From positions 14,880,001-14,944,000 of the forward strand of contig JBHGNT010000012.1 of NCBI GenBank assembly GCA_043228905.1: DNA of 64,000 nt. The letters run 5' to 3'. The notes beneath the pieces are model-generated. The model was given only the letters and a program-made list of their open reading frames with translations. It was not told the DNA's origin and did no database searches. This document shows positions 40,082 through 51,848 of this stretch, piece by piece. How positions within the stretch are numbered: the stretch's first letter is position 1; each line of letters begins with the position of its first letter. The position numbers were made by a program, and so were the translations under genes. Source of the stretch: Azolla caroliniana. Lineage: Eukaryota; Plantae; Polypodiophyta.

Positions 40082-42031
40082 TGTTATGGGCATGACCATA
40101 TAATATCCTGTGGTGAGAATTTACCGTAGTATTCTATACACGTGGATAAGTGTGAGGGTTAAACGAGAGTGTAAAGAAGGGGAGGATTACTTTTAATCCT
40201 CGGAATTGAGACAACCCATTAGGCCAAGTGTGAACTTGCATGGGGGCCTTGGGTATCGCTATAAAGAAGAGTCCTAACTACCCTCATTTCATCATCTTTT
40301 GACTAGGTCAAGACTCTGTTCCTATGGTGGGTCAACTCTTGTAGCGAGCGCGCCAGCACCAAGTACGACTCGACGCCACAACGGTTGTATGGGACGCCGA
40401 TCGAGGCTCAAGTCCGTCTCGATCCCTTCGCTCAGGGGTGGTTGGGTGGATCGGCACCCTTCTTTCTCTCTCTCCTTTCTATCTATCTTTTATCCTTATC
40501 ATATGCTTACATTAGGGCATATCTCTAATAGTTGGTATCAAGTGAGCTAAAAGAGAAAACCAAAGTACGTAGAGGTTTGAGTGACCATGAGCAGTCCTCA
40601 CCAGAAATAGGAGCACGGGTGAACATGGGCAACCATGTGTGATCCTCACCGGAAACTGCACACCAACGTGAGCGTGAGCAACCATGTTCGGTCCTCGCTG
40701 GAGATTGGAAAACCAACGTGAGTGTGAGCAACCATGTGCGGTCCTCACCGGAGAATAGAACACCAACATGACTGTGAGCGAGACCATGTACGATCCTCAC
40801 CGGAGACTGGAACACCAATGTGAGTGTGAGCGACCATGTGTGGTCCTCACCGGAGACTGGAACACCAACATGAGTGAACGACCATGTGCGGTCCTCACCG
40901 GGAACTAGTACACCAACGGACGTGAGCGACCATGTGCGGTCCTCATCGGAGACACGAACACCAACGGGCATGAGCGACCATGTGCGCTCCTCACCGGAGA
41001 CACGAACACCAACGGGCGTGACCGACCATGTGCGCTCCTCATCGGGAACTGGAACACCAACGGGCGTGAGCAACCATGTGTGGTCTTCACTGGAGACACG
41101 AACACCAACGGACGTGAGCGACCATGTGTGGTCCTCACCGGGAACTGGAACACCAATGAGCATGAGAGACCATGTACGGTCCTCACCGAAGATGCGAATA
41201 CCAAAGGGCATGCGCGACCATGTGTGGTCCTCACCGGAGACACGAACACCAATGGATGTGAGCAACCCTGCATGGTCCTCACCTGGAACTGGAACACTTG
41301 ACGACAGTGACAGTTAGGCAAAGTAATGTTGATGACGACAACAAGAGGGTTGAAGATGATGATGTCAAAGACAAAGCAATGAAGGCAATGATGTTGACAA
41401 AGCAACTTTGGAAGCAACGACTTTGACTATGGCAATGATGGAAGCGGAGAAAGAGATGAAGAGGATAAGAAACATAGATATCGAGATGTTGAGGTTCTAA
41501 AGAAACACAAAGACACATATACAAAGGATGATAGAAAACAGAAAGACGGGGATGAAGGTGATAGGAAATTCAGAGCAAGTGATGAAGATAATAAGAAACA
41601 CATAGATAGGGATGAAAACAGTAGGAAACACAAGGAGAAGGATAACAATGAAAAAAAATGCAAGATAGGGATGTGGAAGATGATAAGAAGTGCAGAGATA
41701 GAGATATGACGATGAGAAGAAACTAGGAGATAGAGATGTGAAGGATGAGAAAAAACTAGGAGATAGACATGATGATGAGAAGAAACTAGGAGATAGGGAT
41801 GTGGAAGATGATAAGAAGTGCAGAGATAGAGATGATGATGAGAAGAAACTAGGAGAGAAAAGACAAAGATGATGATGAAAAGAAACTAAGAGATAGAGAT
41901 GGCGAGGAAGATAGAAAACGAAGGGATGTTGATGATGGTAACTCTAGAACCAATGACGGTGATGATGGTAACTCTAGAAGCAAGGGCGATGACGAAGATG
42001 GGTAATGCTTCTAATTGGAAGGGATTCAAAT
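40082..42031 (+). mobile_element. Nested, 3'-truncated LTR element: LTR 40082-40530, PBS, tandem array, charged low-complexity region
   Basis: The LTR matches 38048-38504 and is followed by TGGTATCA at 40533. No recognisable gag or pol downstream. Confidence 0.75.
40580..41300. repeat. 48-bp (48-52) tandem minisatellite, about 15 units
   Basis: Unit approx. GACCATGTGCGGTCCTCACCGG(AGACAC/GAACTG)GAACACCAACGG(A/G)CGTGAGC. ACCATG recurs at 40632, 40681, 40731, 40783, 40833, 40881, 40929 and onward. Confidence 0.95.
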
Positions 42032-43681
42032 TGGCACAGACACACCAAGCGCGGACTAGGACGGAGCATAGATGATGGGCCTATGAGCGACGGATGAACT
42101 TGGAGCTAGACGTGACGAGGCTAGGAACTCTAGATGTTCTGAGCGACAAAAGGAAATGAAGACAGAAATAAAGCTCAAGGCAACAAAGATGAGGCGAAAT
42201 GAGAATACTAGATTGATGTGTCAATGACTGGTGTTGAATCCCTTGGAAGGGACCAAGGAGGTTACAAGTATTTATATTGTGAGTCAAAGTACATGCATTA
42301 AAATATTTGGGAGAATATTCTAGAACCCTCTAGAACCTTCTAGTTCTAGAACTTTCTAAAAACTCGTAGAACTTGAAATAAATAATCTACTAATAATCTA
42401 CTATATTTGGATGTGTTGGTTTGAACACAACACTTGACTATATACAAGAGGTCAAGAGTTCAAATCTTGTCGACATGTCTGTGACATTGTCGACACTTTT
42501 GACGTGGCTATCGGAAGCGCTCTAATGCAAATGATGCCCCAAATTGGTATCGGCCAATGTACTATGCTAGTAGTCCACTTTCAGCCATTGAAAAGAACTA
42601 TTCGACAACGGAATGCGAAACACTCGGAATGATATACAACATAACAAAGTTTCGGCACTATCTGCTCGGCCGAAAATTTACGTTCCACTAGGTAGGCACT
42701 GATTGGCATGATGGATTTTACTTTTACGACAATTCGAATTTGACATACACCATCGGCCAGGGGTATGACATGCGGTAGCAGACTATCTAAGTCAGCTCGA
42801 ATAAGGGGAACCAGCCTAAACCATGTACGATGATCTGCCCAATGCTGACATTTTTTATATCCACTCCACCACGCAATGTGTCGTCTCCAAGGATGGGTGG
42901 ATAGACGACATGATTCATTTCCTCAGCACAGGACTTCCACCTGAACACTTGCCCCTCGATGCAAAGAAGTGATTAGCAGTTAGAAGCCGAACTTTTTGCC
43001 TCTTGACCAATACACTCTACCACAAGGGCTCGGACGATATCCTGAACACTTGGCCCTCGATGCAAAGAAGTGATTAGCAGTTAGAAGCCGAACTTTTTGC
43101 CTCCTGACCAATACACTTTACCACAAGGGCTCGGACGATATCTACCTACGAATTTTGTTGTCAATGCTATTTATGCCAGTGCATGGGCCAATCAACCGAG
43201 CAACCCCGAATGCCTCACCAGTCGATTCTCTTGCTCGAGCCCTTCCAGAAGTGGGGTCTGGATTTCATCGGGCCATTCAAACCAGTCGCGGCTCGCACAG
43301 GCAACTAGTATATCATCATTGTGACTGACTATAGTACTAAGTGGGTTGAAGCGAAGGCGCTTCATGACAACACAACTATGTCAACAACAAAATTCGTTTA
43401 CGAATACTTATGGTGTCATTTCGGCTGTCCGATTGAGCTTGTCAGCCACGAAGGGGGCCATTTCTTGAATCGAATTATCCAAGAACTCACCAGACATTAC
43501 GCAGTGGTTCATAAGAAAAGCACTCCGTACTACCCACAGGCCAATGGCCTAGCCAAGCCAACCAATAAAATCATGTAGAACATCCTTAAGAAAATCGTAA
43601 ACGAAAATCACATTGATTGGGATGATAAGCTACACAATGCACTCTGGGCATATCGCACGACATTCAAAACAAGTACAAAGT

Positions 43682-45731
43682 TGTTGAGATATCAAGCTCA
43701 ACTAGATTTAGTTAGTTAGTCAACACACATAACTTAGTAGTTACCTAGATAGAATCTAGTTAGTGTGTTGACCTTAAAGCCTTAAATAGGATTTTGTACT
43801 TGAGTGGGATACATTGTAGATCTTCCACTCCCATGTTCATTTAATGTAGGACTTACACCTTTGTACCTATATTCTACTCACACGTGTGAACCTTTGCACA
43901 TGAGATGTATATATACCTCATTGTGGGTATTTTTGTATTTTATGATGCTCTTTAATATAGTTAATCATCCCCCATCTTGTCTTGTTGTTCATAAGGGTTC
44001 TCTCTCTCTTCCTCTCACACTCTCACATACTTACACACATATCACATAATCTTCTGCTGCTTAATCACATAATTAGGTACTAATTAACCCGTACTTAATT
44101 ACCTAATTCTTAACATCGTATCAGAGCATGTGGTTTAGCACATTCACTAAGCCCACCCGACTCTTCATGATTGTGTGTTCGAAATGCCGACGACAAATTA
44201 TGGCTATCCGCTACTGTAGTGCCGCTGTGTAGCCCGTGTACGTGACCGAAGGAAGAAAAGTGAAAAAGGAAGACACTACATCAACATGAACACACAAATG
44301 GGTAGGTCTCTCCCTAGTGAAAAGCTACACTGGAACAATTATTCCTCTTGGGAGTACAAGATGTGGGAGTACAAGATGAGCCAATACTTTGTCGGCCAAG
44401 GCTATTGGAGCTACGTCAATGGCACACTCGAAAACAAACCCGACATCACAAACTCCAACTACCCAACGTGGGAGCAAGGAGAGAGTTGGGTAATGTATTG
44501 CTTGGCAACATATGTCCACGACCACATGCTTAGCCACATTTGAGACGCCAAGAGTCCTAAAGAGGCGTGGGAGAACTTGAGGAAGATGTTCGCCGCCAAC
44601 ACGGATGCCTGAAAGCTTCAAGTCCGACAAGTGTTGAACAACATTCGGCAAAAAGATATGCCTGTGTTGGACCACACCACCAAGATCAAGAGCATTTGCG
44701 ACTCACTTGACTCCATGAACATAAACGTCGACGAAGACGAGATGGTTCAAGTATGCTTGGGCGGCCTCATACAACGATTTGACTCATTGAGGATGGTAAT
44801 CTTGGCAAGGGAAAACCCTCCTTCGTTCTTCAACCTTCAATCAATGCTATTGGTTGAAGAGAACCACATTCGAACCAAGACCAAGACGTCGGAAGGACAA
44901 ATGTCCTTCTCGGATTCAGATGGTAGCTGAGGACGAGGTCAAGGCGATAGAAGAGGTTGATTCGACCCATCTCACGAAGGGAACTCAAACCTTCGACAAC
45001 AAGACGGAAGCCATCAAGGAACCTTCGGAAGAAGGGGGAGCTTCCATGCCGAATAATATCGGCAAACAATGCCGCTTACCTGCAACTATTGTGGGAAGAT
45101 CGGCCATCGTGAAGAGGAGTGTTGGAAGAAGAGAAGTGAGTTGGCTTCAACAAGCTGACAACTCACAAATTATGCCACCAACTCTGACTATGACGATTAT
45201 GGTGGACTATTCGGTCTCCGACTCCACGAGCACCTCCAAGTCGGAAGACGTGTGGTTCGTTGACTTCGGCGCTTCACATCATATGACGTCACACCAAGAG
45301 TGGTTTCGTGATCTAAGATCACTGGTCGACTAGATTTAGTTAGTTAGTCAACACATATAACTTAGTAGTTACCTGGATAGAATCTAGTTAGTGTGTTGAC
45401 CTTAAAGCCTTAAATAGAATTTTGTACTTGAGTGGGATACATTGTAGATCTTCCACTCCCATGTTCATTTAATATAGGACTTACACCTTTGTACATATAT
45501 TCTACTCACACATGTGCACCTTTGCACATGAGATGTATATATACCTCATTGTGGGTATTGTATTTTATGATGCTCTTTAATATAGTTAATCATCCCCCAT
45601 CATGTGTCATTGTTCATAAGTGTTCTTCCTCTCACGCTCTCACATACTTACACACACATCACATAATCTTTCGCTGCTTAATCACATAATTAGGTACTAA
45701 TTAACCCGTACTTAATTACCTAATTCTTAAA
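43682..45731 (+). mobile_element. Ty1/copia element D, internally deleted (LTR-gag-start of protease-LTR)
   Basis: LTR 43682-44115, PBS-like TCGTATCAGAGC at 44116, gag from 44286, WFVDFGASHHM, then a second near-identical LTR (~45329-45731) missing its first ~19 bp. No matching TSD. Confidence 0.9.
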
Positions 45732-45759
45732 CTCACGATATCCATCGGTAACCCATAAA

Positions 45760-46870
45760 AAAAAATAACTCATTAACAAATTGGTAAGCCAATTCAGGAG
45801 CTATTACGGTAACTGTGGTTTTAGTAGCTCATCAACAACTTGGTAAGCCAATTCAAGAGTTATTACCGTGGTTTTAGTAGCAATAAATTTGGCCATTTTC
45901 GTCAGTCTATCAATCACAACCTAGATGGCATCATGACCTTTTTGGGTGTGAGGAAGGCTAACAATAAAATCCATGGATATACTTTCCCACTTATTGTTAT
46001 GAATTTCCAAGGGATGTAAAAGTCCAACGGCTTTAAGTTGCTCATCTTTGTTTACCTGACACTATTGACATTTAACCGCATAGTTAGGCATGTCAGGACG
46101 CATCTTAGGCCATTAGAATTGAGTGGAGATAACAACGAGTGTGCGATGTATTCCAGGGTGCCTTGCTGAGGGTGCATCATGGCATTAAAAAAGAATTCTC
46201 TTTTTGACCTCAAGCAAATCTGGAACACAAACATTCCCATTATGGTAGAGCAAACCGTTAGCAATGTGGAAGGATTCCTTCGAGGATGTGGTGATGTCTA
46301 TTCTAGACTCAACTCTTGCCTAGTATTTTCCAAAATAACTATCATCAAGATACTTTCCTCAAAAATGATCATAAAGTTCTTATGTTATTTCAGTGAAGCT
46401 ATGCATGTTAACTTCACTGATGTGACTCAGTGCATCAGCGATAGTGTTCGTGGAACCTTTACGATATCGTATGGAAAAATCAAAGTCCTAGATGAGATTT
46501 TCCCATCTTGCCTTACGACCTTTAAGGTCTTGTTGGTCACAAAAATATTTCAAGGACACGTGGTCCATAGTTACCACAAAACGATTATCTTCCATAAAGA
46601 TAATGGCGCCATCACTCTAGTGCATGAATAACTGCAAATAATTGCTTTTCTTGCACGGTATACCGAAACTGAGTAGAATCAAGTTTCGTACTCTCAAATG
46701 CTATTGTTTTACCATCACCTATAACATAACCATTTGCATCAGTTTCAACTTGAAAAGGTTTTGACGGATCTGGTAAAAGACGCGAAGGAGCCTTGCACAC
46801 CAGGTCCTTGAGTTCCTTAAAGGCGAGGTCTAGTGTAGCATTCCATACAATAGGTTTTGTAGACTTACGT
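45760..46870 (-). mobile_element. Ty3/gypsy pol fragment (RNase H-integrase, chromovirus-like)
   Basis: Minus strand reads PDPSKPFQVETDA...EKQLFAVIHAL, CHDAPSARHPG and WESISMDFIVSLPHT. Confidence 0.8.
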
Positions 46871-48212
46871 TGTCGTACCTTTCGGCACCGGATCGTTGCG
46901 TGAGTCGGGTGGGAACCGTTGGGGTTTTAGACTACGAGGAGGAGAATTCTAAGGCAGGTAAGAATATGTGTAGATTGAAAAAAAGAGATATAGAAAACTC
47001 GTGAATTCCACGAGTATAGTTTATTAGTTTAATCAACCCTTAGAACCCTAATAATAAATTGGAATAGAATTTTTCATACCCCAATTACAATTTACTCCCA
47101 TCCTTATATAGTGATGGGAGAGGCTTAACAATTATACAGTGATGGGAGAGGCTTAACAATCCATGCTTTTTCTAACTATAGACTTTATGCTTTCTTCTAA
47201 ACTTTATTCTTTTTCTAAACTTCATGACTTTTCTAACCTCGTGCATTTTTTATCAACTATAGTGTTCATGCACACTATATGTGCATGTGTAGCTTTTTTT
47301 TTCTATTATGCGTTTTCTTCTAACTAAAGCTTTTTCTTAGAAAATATGCGTGAATACTACGTACGGTCTTTGTTCGTGGGAAATCTACTTTTCTAACACT
47401 TGTGATGTGTTAGTATAATGGTAAGGCTTCAACTTATTAACATGGATTGTATAGGGTTCAAATCCTACCCTATGCATGTAATATATATCTTTTTCTTCAT
47501 ATTTATTAAATCAATTATTTTATACATTTTTCATGAGTGTACGAAATACACTATGACACTTGCCCCCTCCGAACCTGCACAACCTCCGATATGTGCCGTA
47601 GTTAGCGGTGCTTGTTACTCTCCTTCATCCGTAGCACCTTCTGTTTCTCCCCCTATGTCGATTATTAATTCTTGGTCACTTTTTTCACTTTTTGAACTTC
47701 CGTGATCCATGTCTGATTGTTCCTCTGTGTCGGTTTTATCGAAAGTTACGTAGGGTTTGACGTCACTTTGCTTCTTGAAACTCTTCACTCATTTACCCGT
47801 TATAGGCACCCGCAGTACTATTCCATCCAACTCACATATTCGGTAAGTTCCATTGTCGAATACCTTTCCGTATACTATCACCCAATCCCCTTCTTCAATC
47901 TTCTACGGTTGAAGTCAGTGTTTTTTGTCGAATTGATGTTTGTTCCGAAATCGCGCTTCTTGTTGTCGGCGTACCACTTCCTTTATGTCTCTTGGTCTTC
48001 CTTCTAGTTGTCGTATCCGGACCACTAGTAGTTCTGCTCGGCTCATTTCTTCCTTCCATGGTAGCACCATCCATGTCGCAATTGCGGTTTCCATAGGCAT
48101 TACCAGAGTTTTCTCAATCATATGCCTCCGTTTCCATGTCGTTCATTAGGATCGTATTTGCATTCACCTTTGGAGCATTTGAATCTTCTGTAACCTGCCT
48201 CTTTCTTTTTAC
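46871..48212 (-). mobile_element. Ty3/gypsy 3' end: integrase tail, PPT and 3' LTR (46871-47558)
   Basis: TGTCGT...ATGACA LTR with a minus-strand PPT GGAGGGGGCAAG at 47559-47570. Reads SRAELLVVRIRQLE...NKHQFDKKH and IEEGDWV...TYRICELDG. Confidence 0.8.
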
Positions 48213-48612
48213 TTTTAGGTCAGGTCGGTATTCTTGTGCTCCCTTGATGTAACCCCAATAGCCTTGGCTGACAAGGTATCGGTGCATCTTGTACTCCCAA
48301 GATGTGAAGTTGTTTCGGTCCAACTTCTCGCTAGGGAGAGTGCTCCCCATTTGAGTATTCATTGTCGATTAAGCTTCCTTTCTTCTTTTCCTTCTCTCTC
48401 GTACCACTACATAGCTCGTGTTCGAGAGAGAAGGAAAAGAAGAAAGGAAGCTTAATCGACAATGAATACTCAAATGGGGAGCGCTCTCCCTAGCGAGAAG
48501 TTGGACCGAAACAACTTCGCATCTTGGGAGTACAAGATGCACCAATACCTTGTTGGCCAAGGCTATTGGGGTTACATCAAGGGAGCGCAAGAATACCGAC
48601 CTGACCCGAAAG
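48212..48612. repeat. Long inverted repeat (fold-back) of a copia leader and gag start
   Basis: 48212-48401 is the reverse complement of 48423-48612 with few mismatches and a ~21-nt spacer. The ORF track shows mirror ORFs MNTQMGS(T/A)LPSEKLDRNNF on both strands. Confidence 0.95.
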
Positions 48613-49453
48613 ACACCGACTACGAAACATGGGAGCAAGCGGCAAGCTGAGTGATGTATTGCTTGGCGACATGTGTTCATGACCACAAGCTCGGCTACAT
48701 TTGAGAAGCCGAGACACCAAAGGAAGCATGGGAGAATCTACGAAAGATTTTCGCCGCCAACACAACCGTGAGAAAGCTTCAACTTTGCCAAGAGTTGAAC
48801 AACATCCAACAAAGGGATATGTCCATCACGAGCTACACCTTGAAGATCAAGGAGCTTTGCGACACGCTCAGCTCGATAAGCGTCAATGTGGACGATGATG
48901 AGATGGTGCAAATATGCCTCAACGGCCTTGTACCACGGTTCGGCGCGATGAGGACCGCCATATTAGCATGGGAGAATCCACCCTCCTTCTTCAATCTTCA
49001 ATCCATGTTATTGGTCGAAGAAAACCATGTTCTAACAAGGAGCAATGCCTCGGAAGGCCACGTGCTCTACACACATTCGAACAGAGGAAGAGGACACGGC
49101 CGAGCAAGAGGCCGATTCGGCCAAGGACGAGGTGGACGAGGCCCGACTTACGAAAACAACTCGCAATTTCGGCATCAAGACGGAAGCCATCGAGGAACCT
49201 TCGGAAGAAGGGGGAGCTTCCATTCCGGTCCCAGCTGACAAAACTCGGTCGAATGCGGACATTGCGGAAAAATCGGTCACCACGAAGAAGAGTGCCATAA
49301 CAAGATGCGTGAGTCGGCTTCCACAAGCCGACAACTCACTAATTACACCACCAACTCTGACTATGACAATCGTGGCGGAATGTTCGTGATGAGACATAGA
49401 GCAAATTCTATATCGGCTTCTACTTTAACTAGTGCCTTTGGTCTGGAAGACGT

Positions 49454-50230
49454 TGTCGTGCCTTTCGGCGCCGGATCATTGCGTGAGTCGGGTGGGAACC
49501 TCCAGGGTTTTGGACTAGGAGGAGGAAGAATTTGAGACGAGTTTAGTTATGAATATGAATCGATTATAAGAAAGAGAGATTGAAACTGTGAATCCCACAA
49601 GTATATTGTATTAGATTAATCATTATTAAGATAATAATATGAATTTAGATTGAAAGATAAGGATATAGAAACCTCATGAATCCCACGAGTATAGTTTATT
49701 TCGTGAATCTGACGAATATAATTGATTAATTTGTGTTTTTAGAAATATATCCAATTTCCAAAGTTTTCACACACTTATTACATTGTGCTCCCCATCCTTA
49801 TATAGTGATGAGAGAGTCTTAGCAATCCATGCTTTTCTCTAACTATAGACTATATGCTTTCTATAACATGCTTCTTCTAAAAGTGATCATGCTTTTTTTC
49901 TAACCTCATGTGTTTTTATTGACTATAGTGTTCATGCACGTTAGATGTGCATGTGTAGCTTTTTTCTATCATGCGTTTTTCTTCTAACTAAAGCTTTTTG
50001 CTAGAAAATATGCGTGGAAAAAACCTTTCTATGTGGGATATCTGCGTTTTTAACACTTGTAATGTATTAGTGTAATGGTAAGGCTTTCACATTATTCACA
50101 TTGAGGTACAAGGTTTAAATCTTGCCCTATGCATGTAATATATATTTTGATATTTCTTTCTTTTTCTTCATATTTATTCAATCGGTTATTTTATACGTTT
50201 TTCACGTAGTGTACAAAATACACTACGACA
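49454..50230 (-). mobile_element. Solo LTR, same family as 46871-47558
   Basis: TGTCGT...ACGACA flanked by 4-bp ACGT on both sides. Orientation taken from the PPT of the 46871 copy. Confidence 0.9.
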
Positions 50231-50795
50231 ACGTATGGTTCGTCGACTCCGGTGCCTCGAACCATATCATGTCTCATCAAGAATGCTGAGAACTTCGAGA
50301 GTCGGACCGACCCGGCTATATGTCGAAACCGGAGACGATACTACGCATCCGATTCGACACATCGGCAATGTCCCATTCGGCAAAGAAGGTAACCAAACGT
50401 TTATAAAAAATGTATTGCATGTACCAACCATTACGAAGAATTTGGTCTCTGTCGGCCAAATTGTTGAGCAAGGGATGCAAGTACGATTTAATCAAGGCGG
50501 TTGCTTCATCGAAAAAGAGGGTCGACTCATTGCTCGCGGACGAAGAGAGGGCCGAATGTCCATTCTCGACTCGCACGAGATGAAATCGACCATGTTCGCA
50601 AAGGGCACAAAAGTCGATTCCGACATAGAGTTATGGCACAAGCGGATTGGCCATATCAACCTCGAAAAGCTCAAGGCAATGCAATCGAAAGGGGTTGTCA
50701 TCGGGCTCCCAACATTCACAGAGAAAGAGATTGAAGGCGTGTGTGCCGCTTGCCAATTCGGCAAGCAACATCGGCACCCATTTCTGAAGGAGCGG

Positions 50796-51848
50796 TGCGA
50801 CAAGGACACGTGAACTTGAGGCAGGACCCTGAGGCCTACTACCAAAGGATATCAAATTCGTGTGTTTATACTTTTAACAATTAACAGAAATAAGAAAATT
50901 TAGTAATTTTTCATTAGCAAAGGAAAAGAAATTACAATATGTCCCAAGATTGGGATTACAGAAGTTTAGGTTTACTGAGATTAATAGAAAAGAAAAATTA
51001 GGTTTCAAATTTATGAGATATGGCTTTCATAAGAAAAAAATTAGGGCTTATTCGAAAGATATGGCTTCCGTAATGAAAAATATGGCTATACGAGAGATAT
51101 GGCTTCCGTAAGGAAAATTATTAGGGTTCCAGTTTTTTATTATTGATTGATAGATTTATCTTTTCTAACTCAAAGATTCTATGAGAAAAAATAAATTGTT
51201 CTTCCTTCCCTTCTCTTAGGATTTTCCACACTCGAAAATACCCTTCTTGCATGAAGAACTCTAGTTTGCATCTTGAGTTCAATTGCATGTATCCACATGA
51301 CCTTTACTTTACATAAAGTTTGTCTTTAGTTGCATGCGTTCACATAAACCTTTACTTTAGTTCGGCTGCATGATCCTATCATCCTTAAAGTTCAACCCGT
51401 GCATGATCCATCTGTCTCGACCGTCGCCCATCTGATCCGTCCGGTTCGGTTCCAGTTCCGGTTCCGGTTCCGGTTCCGTCGCCATCCGTCCAAAACCATT
51501 ACATGTAATTAAGCCACACCAATCCATCCAAATAGTGTAGCCGAATTTCAACCATTCCTTCTATACTCTTAACTCATAAATGTAAACTAATGGTTCTTGA
51601 TCTACTTATATAGTGTTAGATCCCAAAGTTTCCTATCTATGTGGGATATTTCACAATTATGTTTTCCTTATCTTCTCAAACTTCATATTAACATGTTACA
51701 TAACTTGATACGTAGTTGTCCATTTTATATGTAGTAAAATACATTCAAAAGCTCTTAAAGATGTCTATCTTTTCATACCAAGCCATTAAGCTAATCTAAA
51801 ATAATTATTTCATTATTTTTCATATCGTGTGTGAAGAACCACACGAGA
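50796..51848. mobile_element. Solo LTR-like insertion (~1.05 kb) distantly related to the 46871/49454 family
   Basis: Starts TGCGAC and ends ACACGAGA, flanked by a (GA)GCGG duplication. Shares cttatatagtg, ctatgtgggatat and terminal tttttcat..gtgt..gaa..acac motifs with that family. Confidence 0.75.

Larger units (their letters stand above)
39557..42486 (-). mobile_element. LTR element with paired LTRs (39557-40032 and 42032-42486) and no own coding region
   Basis: Highly similar direct repeats ending TGACA, with TSD TTTTC/TTGTC. A minus-strand PPT (AAGGGGAGGATAA) abuts 40032. Confidence 0.85.
34370..43681 (+). mobile_element. Ty3/gypsy (non-chromovirus-like) element, degenerate, carrying three nested insertions
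   Basis: Probable LTR end ...GTGTAACA at 34532. Gag has CCHC knuckles; RT has LRVCVDYRKLN, FLDGFSGYNQI and FLDDF; RNase H at ~42490-42800; integrase (TDYSTKWVEAKAL, YYPQANG) runs to 43680. The reading resumes across each insertion. Confidence 0.9.

Noticed and set aside
40580-41300. CRISPR-like repeat-spacer array
   Set aside because: The units are homologous along their whole length with no unique spacers, there are no cas genes, and the context is a plant retroelement.
40525-41417. ORFs of 246, 170 and 147 aa as real genes
   Set aside because: These are by-products of a stop-poor 48-bp repeat that is open in several frames on both strands.
45432-45689. Duplicated small ORF (also at 43804-44049)
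   Set aside because: It lies within the two LTRs of copia D and shows no coding signature.
46871-50230. A single intact element bounded by the two TGTCGT LTRs and an ACGT TSD
   Set aside because: The right LTR sits inside copia E, whose frame continues on both sides of it, and the two LTRs are clearly diverged. They are two separate insertions.
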